Of a stretch of 64,000 nucleotides of DNA, positions 40,131 to 53,310 are shown in pieces. The position numbers and the translations under genes were made by a program. The DNA comes from Paramecium tetraurelia (Eukaryota), in contig CT868241.1 of assembly GCA_000165425.1 (NCBI GenBank), positions 1 to 64,000 of the forward strand, read 5' to 3'. The notes beneath the pieces are model-generated. The model was not told the origin of the DNA. It saw only the letters and a program-made list of their open reading frames with translations, and ran no database searches. Position 1 is the first letter of the stretch; each line of letters begins with the position of its first letter.

Positions 40131-40920
40131 GGGTTATACTCTACTATCATGGCCAAAGAGACCCAATCCTCCATTTCATTTAGAAATATCGAGGAAAGGA
40201 GAAAAAAATTCAACTGAAGAAAATTAGCAATGTACTCATAATAAGATTAATTAGAAAACACCTTATTTATGAGGGAAGCATTAATATAAGTGATATGATT
40301 TTAGATAATCCTAAAATAAGTAATAAGAATGCTGTATTGCAATAATAAATACAAATGGAAAATGAATTTTATAGTTATTATTTGGGAAGTGCATATGGAA
40401 CTTTTGTCATTAAAGCTTGGATACCTACAAATTTATTTCATAAATTAAACCCATATGATGAATTGAAATTTGGATAAAGCCTAAGAGTGTATATTTTGAG
40501 ATTCCAAAATTTTGAAAAGTAAATTAAATAAAAAAGGATGTCAAATGAATAAGATTAGGAATAAGGATGAAGAAGATAATGCTGTTAAAATTAAAATGAT
40601 ACTAAAGTCCAATCAACTCAAGTAAACTTAATCATAGGTTCAACACAAACAACTAATTCTTCAGTAATTTTACAATTAAGGAATTAGAGAGAATAGTAAG
40701 AAATAGAATAAGATGAAGAGGTGAATTAGAAAAAGCTAAAAAAACATTTTGAATGAGAAGCTGAAAAGAAAGTTTAAGGTAAAATGGAGAGTTTAAGAAA
40801 TATTATATTACTATGATCAAGAGTAATACAAGAATTGATCATGTAAAAATAATAGCAGGTACAAAAAGCAAACCTTCACCTCTGAAATTCTAGGGGATGT
40901 GAAATAGAAAAGAATGAATT
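40131..40920 (+). pseudogene. Degenerate FHA-domain (kanadaptin-like) gene
   Basis: SWPKRPNPPFHLEI..PYL*GK / DMILDNPKISNKNAVLQ..YLGSAYGTFV..KLNPYDELKFGQSLRVYILR with in-frame TGA 40270-40272, frameshift, no start codon. Confidence 0.65.
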
Positions 40921-40948
40921 ATGTCTATATAACGAAGTTTTAATGAAA

Positions 40949-41568
40949 TCATTTATATTATAATTGTAATTAATTCATAACTTTTTATAATTTACCTACA
41001 AACTATTCAAGTTCTTCCTTGGTCATTTCAAATCTTATCTTTTTTTTATTAGCAATATTATCCAAAGTTTGTAAATGCAATTCCACAATAATTGTAGGTA
41101 TCTATGACTTCGCTATTTTATTGGATGATATTGTTAACTATATAGAATTGATGGAATTTACATTCAAATTCCAATTGTAATCGATTAACACATATTTGGA
41201 TAATGCTATATGTGTGTATAATGCCTATTTGCACATTCCTTTGAAGTTCTCGGTTATTATCCTTGTGAAGATCTAGTGTTTCTCTGGGTCTATTTGAGAT
41301 TTCAATTTATCCAATAGTCTTTACACCTGATTACAATATAAATGATTAGTACTTCTTCTCTATTTTAATTATTCATTTCTAGCAAATATTCACTGAATTG
41401 CTGCATAAATTGTTGAGCCTCCACGATTAGATTGTAGTGATTAATTTCTGGAAATTAGCTCAAATATGGTAATTTGATTCCATGAACACAGTCAGCCACA
41501 AGATCTTCAATGAATTTCTCAAATTGGTTATTATCTGTGAATACATTGAATACCTATGGCAAATTCAT
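40949..41568 (-). CDS. COMM-domain protein (COMMD8-like)
   Basis: C-terminal LIDYNWNLNLTISSNKIAKSQIPTIIVELHL..RFEMTKEELEQFVGKL; two short introns. Confidence 0.82.
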
Positions 41569-41616
41569 TAAAATAATAATTACTATAAATCAATATATTA
41601 TTAATTCAAACTTAAA

Positions 41617-42722
41617 ATGAAACCATAAGAATATAAATGGAATGAAAAACTATGGAAACCTATTGTTAGACCTCCAAGAAATTGTTACCATCTAAAAGAT
41701 CTAGGGAACGATCTATTTAAAATTAAAGATACAATCACAAAAAGAACAGACTTTGAGATATATAATAATAGAAATCAGAAATTACAATGTAGGTGAGAGT
41801 CAAACTATATTAAGTTTATTCGAACCTATCAAAATGCAGGGAAATCCTCATCCTTGCATGATATACTTGCATGGTAATTCAAGTAGTAGGATAGAGGCAT
41901 TCACAATAATTGAATATTTAATTCCAGCGAACATTTCAGTTTGTGGTATTGATTTATCTGGTATTTAAAATTAAGTAGATAAGGTTCTGGATTATCTGAA
42001 GGAGAATATATATCCTTGGGATTTCACGAGTGTCATGATGTTGTATGCTTATACGATTACTTAAGAGAAAACAAAGTAATCATTTAATAGAATATCAGTT
42101 TGATAGAGTTATATTACATCTATTGGATTATGGGGTAGATCTATGGGTTCGGTGACTGCCATTTTAGCTGCTTATAATAATATTGATTTTAAAGTTTTAG
42201 TTTGTGATAGTCCGTTCTCGAATTTAACTTTGTTATGTAAAGAACTAGCTAAGACAAACTATAAAATACCTAATTGTTGTTTCAATTGTTTTTGGTGCTA
42301 TGTAAAATCTAAAATTCATTAAGAAGTTCAATTCAATATTGATGAATTGAATATAGTTTAAATAATACAAGGTAATAGCTTACTAATTATAAGTATTACC
42401 TTAGGATGTTCATATATTATTTTTGTCTGCATAATAAGATGATTTGATCAGAGAAAGTCGCCCGAAATTGCTAATGAAACAATTTCGTGGGCAAAATAAG
42501 GAATTGTTTAGTTTTGAGGGAACTCATAATTCCAAGAGACCAGCAAAAATAATGGAAGATTCAGTTGCCTTTGTATTAAAGGCTTTTGGATAAAATGTGT
42601 GGACTGCATCTAATATCAAATATGCGATGAAATACTCATAGAATTAACTATCTAAATAAGTTCCTTTATTAAAGGGAGATAAGAGAAGTGTGCAACCCCA
42701 TATGGAAAAAGAAGATTATTGA
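41617..42722 (+). CDS. Alpha/beta hydrolase
   Basis: IVRPPR, IYLHGNSSSRIE, DLSGSGLSEGEYISLG, nucleophile GLWGRSMG, DSPF, FEGTHNS; four short introns. Confidence 0.92.
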
Positions 42723-42750
42723 TGATTAATTTATATATAATTTATAATTA

Positions 42751-43003
42751 ATGTCTGAATTGGAAGCATAATGTATTCGAATGGTTAAATTTGGATAGAG
42801 TAACATAGAAAAAACTATTCAGTTCTTTGACAATAAATTATTAGATTAGATAATTAATGATTATTCAAAAATGGAGCAGAATCTACTACAAACTTCTAAT
42901 GTATGAAATATGTATTATGCTCAAGAATTTAAACAGATCATTAATAGAAGCAGAGTCTTCAAATACAAAGTTAAAAGAAATAGTTTCTTTAGTAAGCAAA
43001 TGA
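42751..43003 (+). CDS. Small coiled-coil hypothetical protein (75 aa)
   Basis: MSELEAQCIRMVKFG.. with 25-nt intron 42901-42925 giving a clean frame to TGA 43001-43003. Confidence 0.55.
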
Positions 43004-43045
43004 GGATAAACTTGAAGTATAAATATATATAAATAATTAAATACG

Positions 43046-44160
43046 ATGGATAGTATGTACTCAAAATATATCATTCCCAATTAATCAGAGAAAAAGTAGA
43101 GTTCATCTCCGCATTCCTAAGTAACATTCAACAACATACAAGTTTATATATTCACTAAAATTTCTAGTAATTTTTAGAAGACTACACTCCCTCCCATCGT
43201 AGGCTCAGCTTCTCCGAAGACAGGATTCAAGAACTCAAGAATTCTCAGTAACTTTCAAGTCATAATAAATTAAGCCACGATTTCCAAAGCGAGTTTGTCA
43301 ATTCTCAAGTAAGAATTATTCAATTAATCCTAATAATAGATGAAACAAACCTAATTAAGTATTGATATCAATAAAAAAGAATAATAAGAGTTTTAAGAGA
43401 TTAAAGATGATTAAATCATTTAAACTAACACCATCATTGATTCACCTACTAAGATGAATACAGATGATTCTCCAAAAAAGAATAAATTCAAAGCCTTCGG
43501 AAATTTACTATTAAGTATAAGAAGATTATAATAGAACTTAGTTGAACGTATTTCAAACATAGTATATTAACTAGATAATTATATTAGGATTAATTAAAAG
43601 AATCCATCATTAAACCATCCACTAATACAAATGCTTCAAAAATACATCCAGATCCTTCATCAAGAGATAGTGAAAACATCAATGAAATCCTATCCAACTT
43701 GAAATTAGTTGATAGATTCATTTATTATTCCGAATAAGGATCATAAAACGATATTCAAAAGATGATTAAATTATTATAAATTTATCCTAAAAAGTAAACT
43801 TTGATATTATTTAGACATTTGTATTGTCCCACGGACCCAAAACATATACTAAACTCGTTCAATAAGTTTGGATAGAACTCTTTATATATTTCTTGCAAAA
43901 ATGGAAATATTGCTGTCATTAAATTCCTTTTAGACTAATAAGCCAATCCTTTTATAAAAAGTAAGGTTTATGAAAACTTTTATGAATCTCCTTTGGAAGT
44001 CTCAATCAGATGGAACCATTTCGATTGTGTCTAATTGCTACTTGAAAAATCTAACTATTCAAACAAAGAATTAAAAGCAGCCATTCAATAAACTTCAAAT
44101 CCTTAAATCAAATAACTCATTAAATCAAATCTCAAATCAGATACTTTTTGCTGCTATTGA
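43046..44160 (+). CDS. Ankyrin-repeat protein ending in FCCY*
   Basis: GQNSLYISCKNGNIAVIKFLLDQQANP, ESPLEVSIRWNHFDCVQLLLE; low-complexity N-terminus with short introns. Confidence 0.8.
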
Positions 44161-44870
44161 TAAGTAAATAAAGAAAATATTCTCCATATATACATTTATA
44201 ATTTATTTCAAAGTAGTTCCATAAAATTATATAATAATCTATTCTAATCAATCATCGTCAATATTTTTGGTTATTTTTGATTTCGTTAACTGGTTTAAAA
44301 AGTATAATCAGTAAAATGATTAATTGATAACACTTGAAATTAATTTTATTATTAGAAAATGCCAGGTTTTTCAAATGTTTAGATTTATCTATATGAGATG
44401 CCAATTTCTTAATATTCTATTAAGCATTACCCACAACTTGTGTTCATGTTTATTTAAATAATTTCTTTTTCCTTTTTATCATTTATTATATCTTTTTATA
44501 ATTACACAAATTAGTTTTTATTCCTTGATTCCAGAGAAAACTTAATAATATAAGGGGTTGACTAATTTAATTAATAAAATTATTACATAAAATTTCAATT
44601 TCTGATAGGAAATCGATTAAACTTAGATTCCCATTCAAAATAATAATGAGAATGATATAAAATAAATTGTATATTATTTAATAAGTTGTCATTACACACT
44701 ATTGTTAAACAATTAATTTAATGGATAAACCTTAGCTTCTATTTTGAAAATGCTAATATATATAATAAGAAGGTTAAAGCAAAGTAAGATAGTTTGAGGA
44801 TGAGATATTTATTAATAATTTCTGAAGATTGAGAAATTATTATTAATTATAAATTTTATTTAAATATATA

Positions 44871-46410
44871 ATGGTTAAGAAAGCTGCTCCAAAGAAATAA
44901 GAGACTAAAAAAGCCCCAATTAGAAGAACAAGAACAATATCTACTTTAATAAAAGACAATGAAAATATTGTACATCAAAAATTGGGATAGACTAGAAGTA
45001 AAAGCAATGGTAAATATCTTTTTTATCATTTCAGGTGTATTACAAAAGAAGATTACAAAGTAGACTTAAGAAACAAAATAAAAGAATGTACTTAACGAAA
45101 AGGAAAAGAATGCGCCTAAAAAGAATTCAAATTAAAAAGAAGAAAAATAACCAATTAAAGATGATACTAAATAAAAAAAATAACCAGAAGTCAAAGATAC
45201 TAAAAAACCTATTCAAACTAGATAGAAAGTGAATCCTGTATAAAAAAAGTAATAAGTAAAAAAAAAAGTACTCCAAAAAAAAGTCCTGTTAAAAAAAGTA
45301 CACCCAAAAAAACTCCCGTTAAAGAAACTGTGGCTAAGGAAGTGACGAAACCAAAGCCTGCGGAAAAGAAAAACGAAAAGGAAGGAAGTAAAAGTGAAAA
45401 AAAGGTAGAAGAAAAATCTGAAAAGAAAAATAATGATAAAAGTGTAAAGAAAGATACAGATAAATCTGATAAAAAAGAAGCAGAAAAATCAGATAAGAAA
45501 GTTAATGATAAAAGTGAAAAGAAACCTGTTGAGAAACCGGAAAAGAAAGCAAATGATAAAAGTGAAAAGAAGCCTGTTGAGAAATCAGACAAGAAAAGTG
45601 ATAAAAAAGGAAAAAGTGAAAAAAAAGAATAAAGTTAAGAATAACAAGAATAAAAATAAACAGATTCTGCAAAGATACCCAGAAGAACAGAAAGCAAAGC
45701 TATAGCTGGTATTGTTGATGTTGTCTTTTGTGTAGACACCACCTAATCTATGTCTCAATTTTTATATTAAACAAAAGTAATTCATACTTAATTATGTAGA
45801 ATACTGTAAAAGAAATTATTAAAAACATAAAAGTTAAAGCTTAAAATGAAGATATTAGTGTTAAATTTGGGTTTGTTTGCTATAGAGATCACCCTCCTTA
45901 AGATTACACCTATGTAACTAAAATCTAAGGATTATGTGGAGAACAAGAAATACTTGATTTTATAGATTAACAAGGCGCCTAAGGAGGAGGAGATGTTCCT
46001 GAAGCTGTTTTGGATGGATTGTATGATGCTGCAAAAAAGATTGAATGGAGAGATGCCAGTCATACACCTTCATTAAGATATATCTTTCATGTAGCTGATG
46101 CACCTCCTCATGGAAAAGAATTTTCTGATTAAGCTTCAGCTTGGCCTAATGGTGTTCCGTATTATTTAGCATATATTTTAGATCTGGTGTAACACTTGAT
46201 AAAGTAGCTCATGTGATTAATATCAGGGAAATCCATTATAGATTGATAAATGTTAACAAACTAAAATTATTAGATAATATGAAAAAGTTATTTAAGGAAA
46301 AATTTACGAATTATGAAGAAACAGAATTAGCAAATGCAAAGGAAATGGATTTCAGAGTTAGTGATATGATCATTAGAGAATTATTACCGGATGTTGATTA
46401 TAATGATTGA
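44871..46410 (+). CDS. vWA-domain protein with long Lys/Glu-rich, H1-like N-terminus
   Basis: DVVFCVDTTQSM (MIDAS), FGFVCYRDHPPQD, GGGDVPEAVLDGL, IFHVADAPPHG; three short introns. Confidence 0.88.
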
Positions 46411-46488
46411 ATCATCATCGCAGTATAAACAATTATAATTAGTTATAGAAAGATATATATAATAATTAAAGGTATTAATTCATGGTTA

Positions 46489-46704
46489 TCATCTCAATTA
46501 TATAGTGGGGGAGAACTTTAATTAGTTCTATTCCCGAATTGATACTTCCCATTCTCTTCTCTTTGGATATAATATATCAGTAATATCTGTTAGAGGGAGA
46601 TAACTAATTCCTTTTTTATGATTTCGATGTCCTTAGTAAGAGCCTTCGTTCTCCTTATCTGGATTTTCTACCTCCTTTTAAAATTTTAACTATTTTGAGT
46701 TCAT
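46489..46704 (-). CDS. 71-aa microprotein with KEN box, PLTDIT motif and C-terminal LR (candidate APC/C regulator)
   Basis: MNSKQLKFQKEVENPDKENEGSYQGHRNHKKGISYLPLTDITDILYPKRREWEVSIREQNQLKFSPTIQLR*; GC-richer than flanks, clean ATG..TGA. Confidence 0.7.
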
Positions 46705-46958
46705 TTGAAATTCAAATTCAATTATTAATAAAAATATTTCAAATATTAAGAAATTAAAATCATAAAAATAATTAATTTCTCTACAATTATTACAAGTAAA
46801 TATACTATTCAAAACTGAAATTGCATTTGTAGCAATCAAAGTTCCTAATAACCTTTTATTTTTCATCATTATAGCTTATTATTTAATTTGAAGCATCCAA
46901 AGTTTTGGCATAGATTCATAAATCAGTTTTTAATAATATAAATATATTATTAATTTAA

Positions 46959-49090
46959 ATGGGTAATTTGTGTCTTAGAAAGAAGGAGAAATCCTAATAG
47001 CCCTAAGTATATAATTTTTTAACAAAAGTACAACATTGCTGATGAAAATCACATCACCTATACTCCTGCCACTTTAGATGAGTTAGAAAAAAAAATTAAA
47101 ATTGAATCATAAGGTATGTACAATTACCATATTTTAGATGACAATAGCTCGGGTATCTATATTATGTATTTCTAGAAGCTTTGATATTGAATGTTGACAA
47201 TAAATAAGACTAGTTTTAATAAGGGAATAACCAAGCGACGATTCAAATTCTTAATGATCTAGATAAGGATGCCCAAAAGCTTATTAAACAAGGAGAAATA
47301 GCTAAAGCAGAATTATCAAAAATTAAATAATAGGTAATAATTAAACTAGTTTTAGTAAATTGATGATGCTGTTTTGAATATGGAGCAACAGACATTGTAG
47401 TAAAATCTTCTAAACAAGCCTTAAGAAAGTGATGTATAAAGAGCATAGTTTGAAGAAGAAAGAAATAGAGAGCATTAGGAAGCTTAAAAAAAAAGAGAAA
47501 AGTAATAATAGGAAGAAATGATTCGAAAAGAAAAAGAAGCTGAAATTTTAAGGTAGTAAAAAGAGCAAGAAGCAAGAATTGCATAAGAATAAGAAAACGA
47601 AAAAAGAAGGTAACTTCAATAAGAATAGGAAAGAATAAGAATTGAGTAAGAGCATGAAAGACAAAGATAACTTTAAATTGAATAAGAGGCTCAAAAATTA
47701 AGATTAAAATAAGAAGAAGAGGAAAGAATTAGATAAGAATAAGAAGCTGAAAGATTGAAAATAAAACAAAAAGAAGAAGAACGAATAAGATAATAACAAG
47801 AGGCTGAAAAATTAAGATTATAATAATTGGAGAAAGAGAAAATTAAATAAGAATAAGAGGCTGAAAGACTCAGATTAAAATAAGAAGAGGAAGAAAGAAT
47901 AAGGCAAGAATAAGAAGCTGAAAGATTGAGATTAAAATAACAAGAAGAAGAAAGGATTAAATAAGAATAAGAAGCCGAAAAATTGAGATTATTAAAATTA
48001 GAAGAAGAAAAAATTAGATAAGAACAAGAAGCTGAAAAATTGAGGCTTTAAAAATTAGAGGAAGAAAGAATTTAGTCAGAATAAGAAGCTGAAAAATAAA
48101 GGCTATAATAAATAGAGGAGGAGAGAATTAGATAGGAATAAGAAGCTGAAAAGTAAAGGCTTTAATAATTAGAGGAAGAGAGAATTAGATAAGAATAAGA
48201 AGCTGAAAAATTGAGGCTTTAAAAATTAGAAGAAGAAAGGATTAAATAGGAATAAGAAGCTGAAAAATAAAGGCTATAATAAATAGAGGAGGAGAGGATC
48301 AGATAGGAATAAGAGGCTGAAAAATTGAGATTATAAAAATTAGAAGAAGAAAGAATTAAATAGGAATAAGAAGCTGAAAAATTAAGGCTTTAATAATTAG
48401 AAGAAGAAAGGATTAAATAGGAATAAGAAGCCGAAAATTTGAGGCTTTAACAATTAGAAGAAGAAAGAATTAGATAAGAATAAGAAGCTGAAAAATTGAG
48501 GTTATAAAAATTAGAAGAAGAAAGAATTTAATAAGAATAGGAAGCTGAAAAGTAAAGGCTTTAATAATTAGAAGAAGAAAGAATTAAATAAGAATAGGAA
48601 GCTGAAAAATTGAAGCTTATATAATTAGAAGAAGAAAGAATCAGACAAGAATAGGAAGCAGAATAATAAAAGCTTAAATAATTAGAAGAAGAAGAAGCTG
48701 AAAAATAAAGGATTTAATAATTAGAAGAAGAAAAAATTAGATAAGAGTAGGAGGCCGAACAATTATAATAATAACAAGAAGAATAGAATTAAAATGAAAA
48801 CTTAGATTAAAATAAAAATAATCTATATAAATTTGTTTGGTAATTTTATTTAATTATTTAAGGGCTCAAGGAGGTAGCAAGGTTTTGATAACTGGAAGCT
48901 GGTTAAATTGGACAGATAAAATCGAATTAATATAAATTGATAATAAGTAAATTTAGTTTAATTTTAAAGATTTGAAATTGAAGTATAATTACCTTCGGGT
49001 AAGTATGAATTCAAGTTTATTGTAGACGATGATTGGAAAGTCAGCGATTAATATGAGTATGATGGTTAAAATAATTTCATCATTATTTGA
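46959..49090 (+). CDS. N-myristoylation-motif protein with long charged repeat and C-terminal CBM48 (AMPK-beta-type glycogen-binding) domain
   Basis: MGNLCLRK; FVW-AQGGSKVLITGSWLNW..LPSGKYEFKFIVDDDW..NNFI*; several short introns. Confidence 0.85.
47670..48780 (+). repeat. 57-bp tandem repeat, ~19 copies (EQEAEKLRLQQLEEERIRQ)
   Basis: ga(a/g)gctgaaaa recurs every 57 nt from ~47688 to ~48660, then a shortened unit. Confidence 0.92.
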
Positions 49091-49836
49091 GTAAAGATTG
49101 AATTAATTTCATAATAAAATAAATAAGATCATTATTAGTATATAACTGTTAGATCATTTATTAAATATAATTATAAATGTTAAAATTTATATCAATTGAT
49201 ATAGAAATTAATATGATTATAATATATCAACTTGATTTAAAATGTATACGTTTTTGTTTCACTTCATAAAATATTATTAATACATCACATTTTAAGATTT
49301 CATCTATCTTTGGGAATTTACCGTCTCTCAAATATTCTTTTAATTTTAAATCCATTCTATATTCACATTTCCTTCTACACATTAATCCAATAACATCTTT
49401 GAAAATGGACTTAAGTAATATTTTTTCAGGGTTTTTTTAAGTTCATTATTGTATTTAATTTTAGACGAACTTATAAGGAAATCATTCATTAAAAAATGAA
49501 TTTAAATGGATTATTGATAAATTTTGATTATTTATGTATTAAAAAATTGATCATTATATTTGCATAAAGTTGAAGTTTACTGAACAGTTTAGTAGACATT
49601 CAATTTAATATATTACCATAATCTATTATGATAAGTATTATAATCAAAATTTTTCTTGTTCCTTTAAAAAATCTTCATGTTAGGTTGATATACAATACTT
49701 GAATAAAAAATCAGTTTGGCTAATTTAATAGAATCATAAAAGGAAAGTAATTGTGAATTCAAACTAATTTAAAGAAGAAATAGAAAGAATAGACTTAGAA
49801 AAAATTTTATTATAAAAATAAAAAATTGTTAAGTAA

Positions 49837-50769
49837 ATGAAATCAGTATCAGCTCCTAAAAATAATTATCAGAGAACTTTGAATAGCAGCTTTAGTACGC
49901 CTGACAAGAAAATAAATAAAGTATGCGTATGAAATATATAAGAGTAGGTTAAATACTCAATCAACCTTGAAGCTGAGCGGCGAAATGATGTCCGTTTAAA
50001 GTTATTTATATGAGTAAGCTCATTTAAAGGAGGAGGCTTCAAAGAAAGAGATTATGAGGCAAATCAGATCTGTGATTGACAATCTTGAGAAGAATAAAAG
50101 TGTTAAGTAGTTAAATTAATAACTCTCAAAATTGATAGTAGGATTAAGGACATGCATTCATTAATAGGAAGTATCAAGCTATATCATTTAATTAATCTAA
50201 ATTATGAGAGAAATCACGAATAATCATTAAAACCAAAAATAAAATCTGTATGATAAGGATAAAGCAATTTTGATTTAAAGAATTCATGAGTTAGAATAAC
50301 AGGCAAAAGAAAATTAATTTTAATTGGGTATGTATTTGTATAGAAACGGTTAGAATTACAGATGCAAAGGAATAAAGCACAGGAAAGGATTAAGAATCTT
50401 GAGGTTCAATTAGAGTAAATAAAACAGATAAAAAATTAAAACCAAAATTAACCTAAAAAATAGTAAACAAATACGAAAGAAAAGATGGAATTAAAAAATC
50501 ATATAAAATTGATGCAAACTAAAATATAGACACTTTCTGAGAAGGAGAAGAAATTAATCTAATTAGTAAAAGCGGTAAAATCTAGAGGGATTGATGTTGA
50601 GTATATCTATAAAAATATCAATTAGGTCTCAAGCAGAGATAGTAATACTACAAATCAAGAGGATAAGGATGAGTTTATTGATAATTAGAATTCAGATTTC
50701 GCAGACATTTCTCAATTTGATATTGGTTAGAGTAGTATCAAAAGGAATCAAAAATTCTTATTAGATTGA
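49837..50769 (+). CDS. Coiled-coil hypothetical protein
   Basis: MKSVSAPKNNYQR.. to TGA 50767-50769; EKEKKLIQLVKAVKSRGIDVE; intron positions and start tentative. Confidence 0.6.
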
Positions 50770-50823
50770 CATTTTTATTTCTATATATATAAAGAGTTTA
50801 ATCATAAATAAAATTTATTAACA

Positions 50824-51696
50824 ATGTATAATTCAAGATCTTTATGTAAATTTATTAACTATCCTTACTAGACTAATAAGTGTCTCCAAGCAGTGGAAGA
50901 ATTTAGAAGATATCAGAAAAATTATCAACCATATAAATAGGAGTAGAGAACGAGAGATTCTAAAAACTTGAATAAGCTGAATAAAGAATCCAATAAGCTG
51001 AAGATGCATTTAATGAATTTTAAGAATAAATTTTTACTAAACTCAATGGACTTAGAGATCAAGTATTATTTTATCTCATATATCAGTTAGGAAAATTGCA
51101 AAAATAAGTTGAAGAAGATAAATTAGCAAAAGAATAAGCTAATGAGACTAAAAATAGGGAAGTGTTAGCTTTAGAAAAGAAATTTGAAAATGCAATTGAA
51201 AATGAGAATCAAGCAAGAAAGGAAGGAGAATCTAAAGTGCTGCGTCTGTTAGAGGATAAAACTGCATTATTGAGAACCGAAGTTTAGAAAGAAACAGCCA
51301 GCAGAGTTGATGCCATAGAAGGAATTCATCAAGGGTTATAAAATGATTTACCAAAAATCCAAGAAGCCATAAGAAATGAATCAAATGAAAGAGATGAATC
51401 TGATTAAAATGTATAGATTTAGCCATCTACTATTAGGTTATGAAATCAATTACCGACGAACTTGTGAAATTAAGTAATTTAATTAATGTGGAGAAGAGAA
51501 ACAGAGATGAAAGCGAATAATCGATCTTCGAAATGTTAAAGGATATCGTTAATAGAGTGAAAGTTGAATTGGATTAAGAAAAAAAAACAAGGTAACTAGA
51601 TAATCACAAATTATTATTAGAGAATAATCAGAAGAACATCTCTTAAGTCTGTTAGAAGATACATGCAATAAATTAAGTATTGCAGCAAATCTATGA
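50824..51696 (+). CDS. SF-assemblin/beta-giardin family striated fibre protein
   Basis: RIQKISEKLSTIQIGVENER, E..ARKEGE, C-terminal REQSEEHLLSLLEDTCNKL; four short introns. Confidence 0.85.
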
Positions 51697-51735
51697 TCAA
51701 TTATAAATATATTAAATATTAAAATTAATTCCTCG

Positions 51736-53287
51736 ATGTCCAAAGAAGTAGTAATAATATTTTTTATACATGAAAGAGATCTATATCAGCACATGAATCT
51801 ATAATTAAGTATATAAAACTTTAGACATAAAGAAAGTAATTCAATTTTATATAATAGTTATGCGAATATTTCCAAGATTTGGCCTGAAAATGATTATTAC
51901 GATAAAGAAACTCTCTATTTCTAAATAAAATCTCTCAAAGAAGAAATGAATATTATTAGAGCAGAAAATATTAAGTTAAAAACTAGAATTTAATAATAAG
52001 ATGTATTTGAATGTTAAATTTGATAGAAAGAACTCTATAATTTTGAGAAATATATTGAAGAACTGTAAATTAAACCAAATTCCTTAGCTAAAAATAATGA
52101 GTACATCATTTAGTAGATTAAAAAATAAAATAAAGATTTATAGTTCTAGTTATAAGAGAAATTATGTTAAATAGAGCAAATGAAAAAAAATGCTAAAGTT
52201 ACAAAAGTGTAAGAATTAAAGATTGAAAATTAATTATATAAAGAGGAGATCAACAAATTGAAAAAGCTGTTACAAGATCAAGAAAAAAGCACACAAGAGT
52301 ATGATAATAATATCTATTCAAGATTTATAAATCAATAATCTATGATAAAAGATAATTTTGAAAGAACGTAATAGGGCTTTATCAAATAGTAATTAGAAAT
52401 AAATGGTTTGAAATAAAAATAATAAAATGACAATTAAAAAATCACCTAATTACAAGTATTTTTTTAAGTGTTATTAGAATGAAGTCTCAAAATTAAATCA
52501 GATTAAAGTCAATTTAGAAGATAAAATCTAAAGAATATCAACTGAATAAAATAAAAAAAGTTCAACAAATTCGTTTAAAAGTAATAAATTCTAAGCCACA
52601 ACCGAAATATCCTCCACCCAATTAAGATCAAAAACTCAAGAAGAACTTTAATATAAATTAATAATGCGAGGTATCACATATGAATAATTTACTTAAATGA
52701 TCCAAGAATTAAAATAGCAAGCAATTGATTTAAAAAAATAAATTGAGATAGAGGATATTGAATATATACTAAGCTAAGAACCCTTTTCATTAGGTTAAGA
52801 TAGAATATAGGAAGTTGTTAAATCATTGTACGCATATGGAAATAAATTAGCAGATTCTCTGTTAAATTAAATAGGAAAATATAAAACATTTCTGGATTAC
52901 CCTGATTTTAAAATAGAGGAAGCAGAAAAAATGATTAAATAAACTCTAAAATAACCAGAAATCGCAGAATATGTTCAAAAAAAACAGGTTTAAATTTGGA
53001 ATAAAGAGGAGGTTGTATAAATGATTAAATATCTGAAGATCACCTGGAACGAATCTGTTTTTTTATTTTATCTTTTAAATGTATAATGTTCTATAGAATT
53101 TTAGTTATTTGAAAAATCTGGATAGATACTTGAATTCAAGAGTGATACAATAATTGACCCCTTTCCATAATTGGTACAGAAAGAGTCTTCGAGAATAATT
53201 GAGGAAAGTGACGAAGATTTATTTGATTAATAATCAGATGCTTCTTAGAATATGATAATTTAAGATGCTGATCATTATATAGCATGA
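51736..53287 (+). CDS. Coiled-coil hypothetical protein
   Basis: YDKETLY..LKEEMNIIRAENIKLKTRIQQ long heptad region, acidic tail; short introns; TGA 53285-53287. Confidence 0.7.
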
Positions 53288-53310
53288 AATTTACTATTAT
53301 ATACAATTAA

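Noticed and set aside
45218..45592. Minus-strand Phe/Ser/Leu-rich 124-aa ORF (also 47243-47584)
   Set aside because: Antisense shadow of Lys/Glu-rich plus-strand coding repeats
47670..48780. Regular 57-bp array as possible CRISPR or satellite
   Set aside because: No unique spacers, variation concentrated at third codon positions, in frame within a protein gene
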